From assembly GCF_000002075.1 (NCBI RefSeq), contig NW_004797574.1, positions 633,329 to 697,328 of the forward strand: 64,000 nucleotides of DNA, given 5' to 3'. The notes beneath the pieces are model-generated. The model was not told the DNA's origin and made no database searches. It was given only the letters and a program-made list of their open reading frames with translations. The translations under genes and the position numbers were made by a program. The stretch's first letter is position 1, and the number at the start of each line of letters is the position of its first letter. Below are positions 37,620 through 50,637 of this stretch, one piece after another. This stretch comes from Aplysia californica. Lineage: Eukaryota.

Positions 37620-39208
37620 TACAGAACCACCTTCAAGAGATATAACATCACTACTGAAGTCCCGCAAAGCAATTGGTCCCGACTATACCAACAGCCCTTT
37701 AGGCAGATAAAGATACATCAGTGGAAATTCTCTATACTATATTTGGAAAGGTTTGGCAAGAGGAGGAAATACCATCAGAAGGGGCATGAAGGTCACCTAA
37801 TCAAGCTGCCAAAGAAGGTAGACCTGCAGCAACTGTGACAACTACAGAGGCACAACACTCTTGTTCATACATGGGAAAGTCTTTAACAGGATACTTATGG
37901 AGAGAATCAAGCTGGCAACAGATGAGGCTCCGAGGAAACCAGGCAGGATTCCACAAGAATCGATCATGTGTGGACCAGATCGCTGCTCTGTACATCATTG
38001 TTGAGAAATCGCTTGAATGGAATTCACCACTTGTGGTCAACTTAATTGATTATGAAAAGGCATTTGACAGCATGGACAGAGAAACTCCGCGGAACCTCAT
38101 GGGGCATGGAATAACTGACAAAATCGTCATGCTTGTGAAGGCCACCTATGATGAAACAAACTGCCTAGTCTTCCTTGAAGGACAACTCTCAGAACCACTC
38201 CAGGTATAGACAGGAGTGCGACTACGATGCTTGCTCTCATCTTTTCTCTTCATACAGGCAATTGACTGGGCCATGAAAGAAGCTACCATAGGCAAACATA
38301 AAGGAATACTGGACCACTGGGCAGCAGCTGGACGACTTGGACTTCACCGATGACCTTGCACTGCTCTGACACACACATGCTCAGATGCAAGAAAAGACCA
38401 AGGAGCTCAACAGCCTATCATTACTATCAAGGACTTTTGGTCTACGCATACATCTGGGCAAGTCGAAAGTAGTGAAGCTAGGAAAAGTTTCAAGACTCGC
38501 TGTGACAGTGGAAGACACTCCCGTGGAAAAAGTGGACTCCTTTACCTACCTTGGAAGTGTCATCGATAGTGAAGGTGGAACTGAGTCAGGTGTAAAAGCA
38601 AGAACCTCCAAGGCAAGGTAGACATTCAATTAATTATACTTACCAAACGTCTGGAAAGCAAGCAACATCTCACTGTGCACTAAGATTCGACTCTTTTACT
38701 CCAATGTCAAGTGTGCTCCTCTACGGCAGCGAAACTTGGATAAAGTCCAGACTTTCATTAACACGTGTATGAGGAGTATCCTAAGAATTAAGTGGCATGA
38801 TAGAATAAGAAATGAAGAGCTGTGGGAAAGGACAGGACAAAAGGATATAGAAGTAGAAATAAGACTAAAAAAGCGGCGATGGATGGGACACACTCTCAGA
38901 AAGTCCAGCGGAAACATCACGAAAACTGTAGCTGCAGTGGAACCCATAGAGAGCACGAGGCAGGGCCACGGGAAACATGGAGGGGATGTGTGGAAAGGGA
39001 CATGAGAGAGATGAAGCACACTAGGAACGAGCTTTGGAAGGATGGCCCATTACAAAGAAAAATGGAAGGAGCTTGTATGTGTCCTATACCCTGCTAGGGG
39101 TAAAATGCATTGATGGTGATGCTGCTAAATGATTATGATGATCATGATGATGATCATGATGATGATCATGATGATGATCATGATGATGATCATGATGATG
39201 ATCATGAT
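37620..39208 (+). mobile_element. Decayed RTE-clade LINE (reverse transcriptase pseudogene)
   Basis: QAGFHKNRSCVDQI, IDYEKAFDS, LDFTDDL, FTYLGSVI and RWMGHTLR motifs across stops and frameshifts; (ATGATGATC)n 3' tail. Confidence 0.9.
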
Positions 39209-41643
39209 AACTATACTATGTAGTAGCATACATATTGCGCTGCCTATAGGCCTACAGCTCTTGGTTGTAAAATAGTGTCAGCAATTCTAAGAGGTTAATC
39301 ATATTATACAAGAAGATTTACAACTACGTTGTGTCCCAAACCCAAAAGAGAAAAACTAATCAACATAATACATGCACAAAACAAATTTAAATGTCAATTT
39401 CAAGAAGAAAAACTTAGCGTCCTTGCATCGTAATATTAACACGATATGCTATAAGCCTAAGGGCCCATGTCCACTGCGACGGACTCCAACCGACCCGATT
39501 CCATCCGTTTCTCGGAGAGTCGGTAGTTGAAATGGAGCACCGTTTATTTACTAAGAAATCAGTGAAACGTATGTTTGGCTGTGTCAACAGACATGACACG
39601 ACACGCCCCGACAAAAGACGTGTCGGTTTGAAAGCCGCCTGCTCAATTTTAGCCGGGCCGGGTCGTGACTCGAGAGCCATAGGTCCCGTCGGAGCTAAAA
39701 TCAAATTCTAATTCTGAGTTCGGATTAAAATTCTAATGTCATATTCGTAATCAGCGCCTCAAAATTAGCAAAATATATGCGCAAACCACCTGGTTTAAAT
39801 GCAAATTAACAATTTTACCAATGTTCCTTAAAAAAAACCCCCCATTAATTTCTTATTCCCGCCTTGGGTTCATTAACATCGATTATTTATAGCCCTGTAC
39901 CGAGGACACAGCCTTGTGACACAGTGTGTGGAATACACTGGTGGACACACAAGACAAAAACAAAACCCGACCGATTTTCTTCCTCCCGGTTGAAAATCGG
40001 GCCGTGTCCATCTTAGAGGACACGTAGGGTTATACTCTCGTCTATTCACTCGTCCTAATGAGATTATTATTATGTACCTTTAAACGAGTTTTACAAATCT
40101 CGGCTTTATTTGGCCTATGCTTCTCCCCCCCCCCTNNNNNNNNNNNNNNNNNNNNNNNNNNNNNNNNNNNNNNNNNNNNNNNNNNNNNNNNNNNNNNNNN
40201 NNNNNNNNNNNNNNNNNNNNNNNNNNNNNNNNNNNNNNNNNNNNNNNNNNNNNNNNNNNNNNNNNNNNNNNNNNNNNNNNNNNNNNNNNNNNNNNNNNNN
40301 NNNNNNNNNNNNNNNNNNNNNNNNNNNNNNNNNNNNNNNNNNNNNNNNNNNNNNNNNNNNNNNNNNNNNNNNNNNNNNNNNNNNNNNNNNNNNNNNNNNN
40401 NNNNNNNNNNNNNNNNNNNNNNNNNNNNNNNNNNNNNNNNNNNNNNNNNNNNNNNNNNNNNNNNNNNNNNNNNNNNNNNNNNNNNNNNNNNNNNNNNNNN
40501 NNNNNNNNNNNNNNNNNNNNNNNNNNNNNNNNNNNNNNNNNNNNNNNNNNNNNNNNNNNNNNNNNNNNNNNNNNNNNNNNNNNNNNNNNNNNNNNNNNNN
40601 NNNNNNNNNNNNNNNNNNNNNNNNNNNNNNNNNNNNNNNNNNNNNNNNNNNNNNNNNNNNNNNNNNNNNNNNNNNACGCACACACACCCTGCTTCTTCTA
40701 TATGACATTGCAACAGTTTTTCATGGTCGACAATAAGTTCGACTCTGTGACTGCTGTTCCTCTTAGTCTCACGACCAGTTCCTAAAACTTTTTGTCACTC
40801 TTAATCCTTTCTTCTCACTAACCGCTACCGTCCTTTCTTGGTCTCTTGACATTATTGATCACCTATTAATATTATTTCATCGTCAAAGGGGATAATAAAC
40901 CAAAATAACCGACATTAGTTTTGGTGCCTACAATTAATAGCGGCTCGCATAATGCTTCCAAGAAAGTTGAAATTGTTTCAGAATGCTATCAGGTCTGCTG
41001 AGGTAAAAATAGATAGTAAAACGAATATAGAGCTTGTTTTTGTGGGAATTTGCGCTGTACAAGCGCTATTTGATCATTTTAGAACACTCTCGTGTTGCTT
41101 TGAAGGATTTTTTTTCCTTACTACTTAATTTTTTAATTTCAAAACCAGCTTTAAAAAATCGGAAGTAAAATAGGCAAATAAAATTAAGCGTATCTAGGAC
41201 CCCCCCTCCCCCCACACACACACATTCAACAAAAAATTGTGTCTTGTCAGTTCAAACACCATTCTGAAATGGCACTTTTTTGCAGGCCTTGCAAAGATTG
41301 TGTAGTAGAGAATCTTTGGGCCTACAACAAGGAGATTAAAAGTAGTTCTAAACTCCTTGACGTATAGTCGAAAAAAGAATTCCTAATGTTTACGTCACTA
41401 TAGCCATTACCACTGATTAACGTGTACGTATGTTTAGCCGTGTTCACTTGATTTATTTAATTCTAAATTATTTTTACAATTAAAATAATTTCGATAAAAC
41501 AAATTATGTTAAAGTCATTTTGTACAAGCAAAAGTCGTTTTGTAAAATATAAATTAAAAAATATTCCGTAGATATAGTCACGCTCATCATGAGATCTTGT
41601 GGACATTATTCCTGTTGATGTCGGAGTAGGAGGACCCCTCAAA

Positions 41644-41646
41644 ATG
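41644..41646 (+). CDS. VPS26: Probable VPS26 exon 1, coding part is the ATG only
   Basis: CAAAATG|GTACAC; exon 2 begins with Ser in phase 0, so an ATG|GT exon is required; this is the best candidate seen but the donor is weak. Confidence 0.55.
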
Positions 41647-42504
41647 GTACACTCTACACATTGAACTTTCTATTTTGTGCTTTTCTTGGGTTTTGTTGCC
41701 CAGTGATTCGTGTTGGGAATAGTATACAGGCTGTTACGCTATTTTTATGTGTCTGCAATTGATGATTTTATTCCCCTTGGGTTATTAGGCAAATTATTTT
41801 TGTTTTTGAGCAGAAGGGGGTGTGGGGAGGGTTAAAAACAACACTGGCAGTACAGTACAGTACGTCAGTCATGTGATCTCATGCTAGATCTACACTTATT
41901 TTATTGAGCTCTGAATTTTCACAAAGCATGGGTTTTTCAGACCTAACCCTTTGACCCAGACTCATTGTAAACAGTTTTATTTGTGTCCTCATCAGAACAT
42001 TTTGACATTTATGCGAATCTACCCACCCCCCCACACACACACTTCTGACACTGGTGACACTCCACACAACACACCACCCACCCACCACCAAGTCATCATA
42101 CCATGTCATGTGCATACTGCTATTGTTTTTTTGTGTGGGAACACTTTTATTTGAAAAGTAGAAGGCAAATCAGGCAGGGGTTTGACCATCCCACCAAGTG
42201 AAACTTACCTCTATAAACCTCATGTAAAGAAGACGGCCACGCATTGTCGAGGAGAAAAGTGGCTGAATAATATAAAGACAGGTGGCCGTCATACACAGGA
42301 CTGATCAAGATGAAGAAAACAAACCATTTACTTCTGATGAGATCCCAAATGGAGAGGGTCTCAGGCTTAGGACTGACGTAGGACTCATTAAAATAAAAAT
42401 GTTGTGTGGTTTGTTTTCTTTTTTTTTTTTTTTTTTAAGTTAAAGGATTAAAGGGGTGAGAAGATGTTTACTTTTTGTTGTTAGTTTTGCTTTTATCTTT
42501 CGAA

Positions 42505-43282
42505 GTGACTATTTCTCCGAACGCTCGGGAAAATAATCTTGACCTCTATTTCTCAGAATGGTTTCCATTATCGAGATTTTTTGGTTATTTGCGAGATTTA
42601 GGCGTCATCTTTCATTGATTTTTTTCTGCCATTCTGTGAGGACTGGAAAGAAGCATTTTATACATCGAATTCAATTTCTAGACTCTAGTCTAGAGCTAGA
42701 CATTTTGTTGAAGTCGGAATATTCAGATACTTCAATTGTGGTTGGGGCAACGTTTCCGGACTATACTTCCGACTTCATTTGTAATTATGCCTTTAAAAGG
42801 TACTGTGAGAAAACAAGACTGCTCGACTTTGGCAGTAACCTCTTTTGCATTTAGATATCTAGTCACCCCTAAAGCTAAAAGTAAAATCCTTCATGTGAAC
42901 CAACCCCCNNNNNNNNNNNNNNNNNNNNNNNNNNNNNNNNNNNNNNNNNNNNNNNNNNNNNNNNNNNNNNNNNNNNNNNNNNNNNNNNNNNNNNNNNNNN
43001 NNNNNNNNNNNNNNNNNNNNNNNNNNNNNNNNNNNNNNNNNNNNNNNNNNNNNNNNNNNNNNNNNNNNNNNNNNNNNNNNNNNNNNNNNNNNNNNNNNNN
43101 NNNNNNNNNNNNNNNNNNNNNNNNNNNNNNNNNNNNNNNNNNNNNNNNNNNNNNNNNNNNNNNNNNNNNNNNNNNNNNNNNNNNNNCACACACACACACA
43201 CACACACACACTCAAATCTCGAGAACGGAAACCGCTCGGAGAAATAGAGTTCAAGTTTATTTTCCCGAGCGTTCGAAGAAAT
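42505..43282. mobile_element. MITE with ~75-bp inverted ends spanning a gap
   Basis: 43213-43282 is the reverse complement of ~42505-42580; a second interrupted copy lies at ~43607-45540. Confidence 0.6.
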
Positions 43283-43830
43283 AGAGCTGGCCTTTAAATT
43301 TTTGAATCATAATTTCACGAAATGTCAAAAAACGAAATGTGTTAGATGGGGAAGGCCAAGTGGCATAGTAAAACAATCAAATAGGTCGCCACGACTTGGC
43401 GAATGAGCAACACTTCTGTCGCGAGTCTGTGTTGACTTCTATTGTTATGGACTGGGTTTACTAATTGAGTTGTGGGTGGGGCTTTTATAGGTTATGATGG
43501 ATCACACGTTTCCCTTACAAGCTGCTGAAAATTTATACATTGGTCAAAATAGGTAATTGGTCAACATGGGTAAACGTAGGGAGCGACGTGCAACATAATT
43601 TTTATGAAGTGACTATTTCTCTGAACGCTTATATTTCTCCGAACGGTTTCCGTTCTCGAGATTTTTTGGATATTTGCGAGAGTTCGGCGTCATCTTTCAT
43701 TCTGCCATTCTGCGAGGACTGGGAAGAAGCATTTTTTTTACATCGAATTCAATTTCTAAAGCTAGAGATTTTTAAATGTCTAAATATTCAGATACTTCAA
43801 TTGTGGTTGGGGCAACGTTCCCAGACTATA

Positions 43831-45430
43831 CAGTCGAACCTGCCTTTCCGGAAACCTGCATAAAACGGAAACCTGTCTTTACGGAATCTCCCCGCTCCCC
43901 ACTTGATATTCCTCTTTAATTCCCTTTATAAAATGGAGACCTGTCCAACGCGGAAATGAAAAGAAAAATCCGCTCCCTTCTGAGGGTTTCACGTGTCTGA
44001 GACGGAAAATGCTTTGTCCACTCAACCCTGATTTGAAACAAAACTCACAAGTTTGGTTCCACCGGCTCTAAACTTAACGCTATGGCCATGACGCTGGGCG
44101 AGGAAGAGGAGTAGGGGTGCAATTTGTGGGTAGATGTTACCCCATCATGTGATCCCTGAGCGATGCAGATAGTCAGGGTGATGTTTGTTTGAAATATCAC
44201 GACTTTCCGTGAAAATGCTCGAGTAGCGAGCCACTGCAGAAACTTTCCTGGGTAGCCAAAAGCCAGAGGTGTGAAATTAGATTGACCAATGCTTGACGGC
44301 CTGATCGTACGGCCAGCTGAGAAAGGAGTTCCTTGAATTGTTGTAACATGATGGCAGTTAGGGGTGGCATAGGTGGGTGGGATTAAGGGAAGACCCGGGT
44401 CGGCGATCCAAGGCAATATTGACACAATTTTTCAAACTATCCAACTTTTGTTTTTTGCAGAAAAACATCCTTTGACATCTGTTCTATCGAGTCAAAATGA
44501 AGAAACTGTTGAAAAAACACCCTAAATTACCTAAAACGGCGTTTGAAAAGTGCAAATTGCTCTAAAAATCCTTTTAAAAATCCCTGTTTTTTCTGTTTTT
44601 CTCAAAATCTACTTTTTGACATGTGACCTCCTGGGTGCAAGGAGTTTTCAAAAACTATTGAAGCTAGAAGCTTCAAATTTGGTGTACAGGTGCTTTAAGA
44701 TTGATTCTGGGGATCTATGAAAGGGAATTGGGAAATATTGGTAACGTGAGGAAATATTCATTTTTTTTGTAATATGTACCCCAAAAATTCGTCAACTGAC
44801 TCTAGGGGGTCCAATGACTCACTTTTTTAGTTTTAAAGATAGGTCAAAATCCTTACATGGATACCCAGTTCATATAGGTTTGTACTTGTGTGCCAAATTT
44901 CAGGCTGATAATTCAATATTTACTATGAAATTCTTCTGCACTAAGAAACTGCTTTGAAAATCCAAGATGGCCACCACAGAGACCCATTTTTCAGTAAAAT
45001 TCAACAAATTCAACCCTAGTACATCCTATTTACCTATGAACTTCTTGCACAATTACATGAAATTGAATAAAAGTCATTCGTTTAGAAAATTTTTCCAGGA
45101 GTGTACGTCTCCCCTTAAGGGTGGAAGCAAAGGAAATTTTCAAATGTTTCTGTTTTTAATAGGTCAAACAGTGGTCTGAATTAAGGCAAGCAGTGGTTGT
45201 AATTGGATAATATAAGTAAGACTGACGCCTGTCATTATCAGACAGGATAGCTATTGATAGGTGTGAAGTTTTGACCACTGCTTGCCGATCAAACAAGCGA
45301 TCCTTGATCTCACTCGCTGGACCTTGAACACCCCCCCCCAACCTCCATCTCCCCCTAACCTAAATTCCCCTGTCTAAGACGGAATTTTTTTCTGGCTCCT
45401 TTGCGATTCGGTCTTACACAGGTTTGACTG
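43831..45430. mobile_element. CAGT-ended MITE (family B) with a nested insertion
   Basis: TA|CAGTCGAACCTG...CAGGTTTGACTG; flanks rejoin into the empty site at ~42740-42880. Confidence 0.75.
44387..45114. mobile_element. Kolobok-like non-autonomous element
   Basis: TTAA|GGGAAGAC...GTCTCCCC|TTAA, purine termini with TTAA duplication. Confidence 0.65.
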
Positions 45431-46234
45431 TTCTTCATTTGAAAATGCTTTCAAAAGGCACTGCGAGGAAACAAGACTGCTCGACTTTGGCAGTAACCTA
45501 TTTTGCATTTAGTCACCCCTAAAGCAAAGACTAAAAGATTTTTTAAAAACCTCCATGAGTGAATGAATTATGACTGTTTGTCCATGGCGTCTGGGGAAAA
45601 TGCACGAATTTTGACAAAGTCTGGCGGTCTCAGGAAGGTAAATTTGGCTGTGGGTTGATAAAATAAATTAAGGTGCCGGTGGCCATGTTGGACAGGTGGC
45701 CGTTTTACACCTTTAAATTATATAGAAAGAACGCAAGGGGGTAAAAGGAAAGTGATCATTTGTACAGGTGGCCGTATTATACAGGTGGTCGTCATGGCAG
45801 ATTTGACTATTTGGAAAACCTGAACAGATGGGTGATGGGGAAACACCAGGATGAAACTAATTTTTTGAGAGCATCTGAGGGAAGAAATGAATGGAAAACC
45901 ATGGTCGCCGGTGACTGTTTCTGATTTTGCCCTTTATGATGGCATGAATTTTATCGTTACAATTGTCACAAACCATAACTTTTTGAGATATTGATTAGCA
46001 ATGTCGATGAAAAAATTAAATTTTTGTTGAAATTTCTTTAAAGCATGCTTAATAAATGGAAGAGCTGTGTACTTTAGGCTTTAAACACTGTGGTTTCTCT
46101 TGCATTCAGTTTGTTTCCTGTTGCTGTTTTCGTCTGTTTCTAAATATACTTACATATTAAATAATATTGATGATTATTGCTAAAGCTTTTTATCTTGAAG
46201 AATGACGATATATACTGACATTTTTTGTCCTCAG

Positions 46235-46378
46235 AGCTTTTTTGGCTTTGGGCAGAGTGCTGAGATTGACATAGTTCTTGATGGGCAGGAGAACAGAAGG
46301 ACAGCTGAAATCAAGACAGAAGATGGGAAAAAGGAGAAATATTATCTCTACTTCGATGGTGAAACGGTTTCAGGAAAG
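46235..46378 (+). CDS. VPS26: VPS26 exon 2
   Basis: SFFGFGQSAEIDIVLDGQENRRTAEIKTEDGKKEKYYLYFDGETVSGK, VPS26B-like N-terminus. Confidence 0.96.
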
Positions 46379-47486
46379 GTATGGTTAATCAAATGTTATA
46401 GTTTTGATACTCATCATGATGCAAATTTTGATGTGAATGTGTGTGTTGGGGTTGTTGATCTGGGGTGCCTCTGTGTCAGTTCCTGGTTGTATACAATATA
46501 CTTCAGAGTACAATAGTAGACATTTTTATGATGAATGTATTTCAACATATTAAATTATTATTCCTATAGTGTATGAATACTTCCCCCCCCCCCCCCCCCC
46601 CCCATAAAATTGATAAATGGTCATAAGTGACAGCTGTTTCACCAGGCTGTTCTGTACTATTTGATAGATATACTATACTATAATAAATAGCATTTTATAA
46701 CGCATGTCCCTACTCAACAGCAAGCTCTATACACTTTACACTATATTACCTCAGCAGACCAGAGAACACTCAGAAACATTCTCAGCTTTCCGGGAAGCAT
46801 ACAGTGCAAGCAGCTGATTAAGCACTCATACACTAATAAACTGACAAAATCTTTTGCTGTCTATTGCTGGGTACCCATTCCCACCTGGGTGAAGTTAAGT
46901 TAGAAAAATTTGTGTAAAGTGCCTTTCTCAAGGACACAACATCATACCTCTGATAGGATTCGAACCCATGACCTTACGGTTGCCAGTCCGAGTTTTTATT
47001 TCGCTGTTGACTGCTACTTATACAGTCAACAGCTTCACAGATCTCGATACTTCTCTGCACATTGACACAGCTGCTCTTGACGTTATGAGGATCAGGGAAA
47101 GTGTTCATGCTGTATTTCAGCGTGTGAAAGGTGGAGGATCCATTTCAGTTGATGAATGCCACCAGTGAGGAACAGATTTATAACGTAATTCTCCTCTTTG
47201 TTCAACAACTATAGAATGAGGTGTCGTTGCAACTGCACTAGTGAGAGTGACTCTTTTGTAATTAAGAAAGATCAAAAGGTCATTTTGCTGATAAGCTACT
47301 TTGTTGATTCCTGGAAGGAAATGTTTTTGCGACAGCGTGTCTGCATGCACAATAATTATTTTTATTGAAAAGAATACCAAGTAGTCTTCACTTCTAAAAG
47401 AAATTCGATGTTGCTGCTTGATCAAATTCTAGTCAGTATTTTTTTAATACGTTGATATAAAAGCGGATGTTCTTTTTCTTTCTCAG

Positions 47487-47562
47487 GTGAATGTAACTTT
47501 AAAAAAGAGCGGAAGCAAGTTGGAGCATCAAGGCATCAAAATAGAATTCATAGGACAAATAG
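47487..47562 (+). CDS. VPS26: VPS26 exon 3
   Basis: VNVTLKKSGSKLEHQGIKIEFIGQI; CAG acceptor, GTGAGT donor. Confidence 0.96.
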
Positions 47563-47899
47563 GTGAGTGATGATGTGGTAGAGATTGTTTTGTATTCGTC
47601 TTTAGCGCATACTAGAAATGATTATCCGGACTCTCGTTTCCTATTTATCTGTTCATTAAACAAAAAAGGATGAATTCATGCTTTTGTGCACTTATTTAAC
47701 ATGGATAAATAAGCTTACCCACAAGGAGGCTGTCTAGGATATGCGGGTGGTTGAAGGGTGCCACTGTTGGGACCTACTCTTTACTTTCCCTGTGTTGTTT
47801 CTGTCTGTCTGTCTAACCTTTTCCCAGCACTAAATGACCTTTATTATGTCGATGTGCTTCTTTTTTGACTCATACAAACAAACAAGCAGTCTAGGATGT

Positions 47900-48300
47900 G
47901 GTTACCCCCCGGGCGGTGACACTGACTGTAGTGTCTTTAGGTCATTCCCAAAGGGGGGACATTTCTCGTTCATGCACAGTACATAGAATTGTAGATGGGC
48001 TGATTCATCATGTCACGCTCATAACTGTGCCTGATCTACAACAGGGAACTGCTGCTTTTTCTTTCCTAATCCTTACTATTGTCGTTTTCCTCTACTTCTT
48101 TTGTATGTTTGTCACACTCTTGTGACCTGCTATTTCCGGGGTGCCTTGATAGTCGAAGTAGACTTTGTGCTGTTGAAGCTAGAGAGGTGAGAAAAGTAAG
48201 TCTGATTCCCTGTAAAGGCTACTCTGTTGACTCCCACCCCTTGGCGCTCATGACCTTATGCAGTTGCGAGCGCCGTAAAGCCTCTACTAAAACTAAACTA
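47900..48300 (+). mobile_element. Uninterrupted copy of the retroposon family also at 4870-6100 and 20630-21050
   Basis: Shared body and tail GGCGCTCATGACCTTATGCAGTTGCGAGCGCCGTAAAG. Confidence 0.75.
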
Positions 48301-48359
48301 AGTCTAGGATGTGGGTGGTTGGTTGGCACCTCTTGTAGGTCCAGCTTCTTTCCCTCTGT

Positions 48360-48392
<33 letters not shown>

Positions 48393-48743
48393 TAATCTTA
48401 CCCTGCATTGAATGATCGTTGTGGGTGGTTGGCGGGTGCTGTGGTGTGGTTTGCTCCTTCTTTCCTATCAAACAACTGTCGTCCTAATCTCTCCTCTTTT
48501 TTGTGTGTGTGTTTGTTACTCTCTTGTAACAACTCTATAATCTTTGGCTCTTATATGACCTATTTGTGTTGCAAGTGCTGTACGGCTGTTACTAAAAATG
48601 ATGATCATTGTTTCAGTTGGTTAACTTCAATTCGAAGAAATAAATTGTCTAGTTCTGTTGCTTTGTACAAAAGAGACTGTAGTAATATACTGCCGTGCGT
48701 GTGTGTGTGTGTGTGTGTGATTGATGTTCTTGCTTCATTTCAG

Positions 48744-48900
48744 AACTGTATTACGATAGAGGCAATCATCATGAATTCACATCATTGGTCAAAGAACTGG
48801 CGAGACCGGGGGACCTTACTCAGAACACCAGCTACAATTTTGAATTTTCACAAGTGGAGAAACCATATGAATCTTACACAGGAGCCAATGTCAGATTACG
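48744..48900 (+). CDS. VPS26: VPS26 exon 4
   Basis: (E)LYYDRGNHHEFTSLVKELARPGDLTQNTSYNFEFSQVEKPYESYTGANVRL(R). Confidence 0.96.
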
Positions 48901-49599
48901 GTGAGTTATAGCCCGTTTTGTGGTGCCAAAAGGTCATGAACTTTTTTTTGTTTAGGGCGATAAGCTGTTATGCTGAGGGCGCGTGATGGGTTCTAGTTCA
49001 GTTTCTTCAACTTTTCAGTGTCACCATTATTTCTCATCTGTTAGACAGATTTGCCTCCTACAACACAACACTCAACAGTTTAAGAGTTGGAAAAATAAAA
49101 AAGAATTATGAGAGGCACTGGTCAGAGCATCTCTGTAAATTAATTCCATTTTGAAACAGCACAGCAAACCTGTAAAAGAAAAATAATTAAATAAAACGCA
49201 CTAATTCCTTCACTCATTATATTTTCTTTGCTGTCCCGCCAGTTTTATAGTTTGCTTTTATTAAGAGGCACGCACTGAAAGTATGTCGTAATGTCACACA
49301 TGAATGTGAAAGTGGATGGGGTATGCACTCTTTAAAAAAAATTTTTTTTTTTACAGTAACCCTGTTAAAAAACAAAAGCAAAAAAAAACTAGTTTCTTTA
49401 CGCATTATATTTTCTCTGTTGTACTAGTTTACTTTTATCAAGAGGCTTGCACTGAAAGTATGTCATAATGTCACACTCAAGAATGTGAAAGTGTATGGAG
49501 AATGTACTCTTTAAAAAAATATATAGTTCAGTTAGCCATCTCCCCCCCACCCCCCTTCCCCGCTCTCACTTTCTCAACTGTGGACCTTCTTCTCTCCAG

Positions 49600-49764
49600 G
49601 TATTTCCTGAGGGTGACGATAGTGAAGCGCATCTCGGACACGGTGAAGGAACAAGACATTGTGGTGCACACCCTGTCCCAGTACCCAGAGATGAACTCCA
49701 GCATCAAGATGGAGGTGGGCATCGAGGACTGTCTGCACATTGAATTTGAATACAACAAATCCAA
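49600..49764 (+). CDS. VPS26: VPS26 exon 5
   Basis: YFLRVTIVKRISDTVKEQDIVVHTLSQYPEMNSSIKMEVGIEDCLHIEFEYNKS(K). Confidence 0.96.
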
Positions 49765-50530
49765 GTGAGTACTTCTTCGATTCATGCTGAGAAATGGTAG
49801 TGACGTTACTTTGGTGGTATGTTCTGAGTGGCTCTTATAGCTTCTTGGAGGAGGATGTTCTTGAGGCTTAACTCATTCTGGCAAGATCAATGTAGTGAAT
49901 GTTTATAGCACAAGTCCCATTTACCCAAACAAGGCAGGGTGCGCTGCTAGGCCGATCTCATATACCAGTTCAAAACTATTTCTAGAGCAGTCTAGGGAAT
50001 CTTAGCCTTTTAAAATTTGTGTAGTCTCAATTTTATCCCATGGTCTCTACCATTTTGGTAAAGGCAAATGAATTTGGGTAAAGTCTGTCAGACACACAAG
50101 TCTGATAAAGAATGATAATGGTTTATATGTTAGTTAAAGAGTAAAGGGCCTCTTCACATCCTTCTCAATTTTAGAGATAAATTTTATCCCTCAAAAAATG
50201 CTAAACATGAACATACATATTGCTCTGACTGAAGGCCTCCCCATTACATTTAAATCTGCCATTCTGCCTGTCGGAAAAGGGCCTTCAGTGACAAATACAA
50301 AATGTCAGAAAAGGGCATTGAAGATTGATATAAAATTTAATTCTTTATTGTTCTTTATTCATATTGTGGTGTTTTATTGCAGTTTTGCTTGTCATCATGT
50401 CACTGTAGAATGCAGACACAGTTGAAGCTAGATATGTTTTGTCAGGAGGTGTAGCACAATTTTTTTTTGTCTCCATAATTCTGCTGATCCCTCCCTCTCT
50501 TCCTTCTCGTCAACCTTCATGCGGCTCAAG

Positions 50531-50637
50531 GTACCATTTAAAAGACGTTATAGTCGGCAAGATATATTTTCTCCTGGTAAGGATTAAGATTCGGTATATG
50601 GAGCTGGCTATAGTGAGAAGGGAGACGACCGGGGCAG
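50531..50637 (+). CDS. VPS26: VPS26 alternative exon 6A (mutually exclusive, divergent form)
   Basis: YHLKDVIVGKIYFLLVRIKIRYMELAIVRRETTGA; 107 nt, pyrimidine tract with AAG acceptor, CAG|GTAAAT donor, same phases (2,1) as 6B. Confidence 0.85.

Noticed and set aside
39112-39208. Regular 9-nt tandem repeat as a CRISPR-like array
   Set aside because: No spacers; it is the microsatellite tail of the RTE LINE in a eukaryotic genome
36696-43284. Long ORFs full of X in the ORF track
   Set aside because: Artefacts of reading through N gaps; the same applies near 52188-52359
43566-43575. CAACATGGGTAAAC as VPS26 exon 1
   Set aside because: The donor falls after ATGG (phase 1), which does not fit the phase-0 start of exon 2
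50531-50637. Exon 6A as an assembly duplication or dead pseudo-exon
   Set aside because: Nucleotides differ heavily from 6B at synonymous sites while the protein is conserved, the flanks are unrelated and both splice sites are intact
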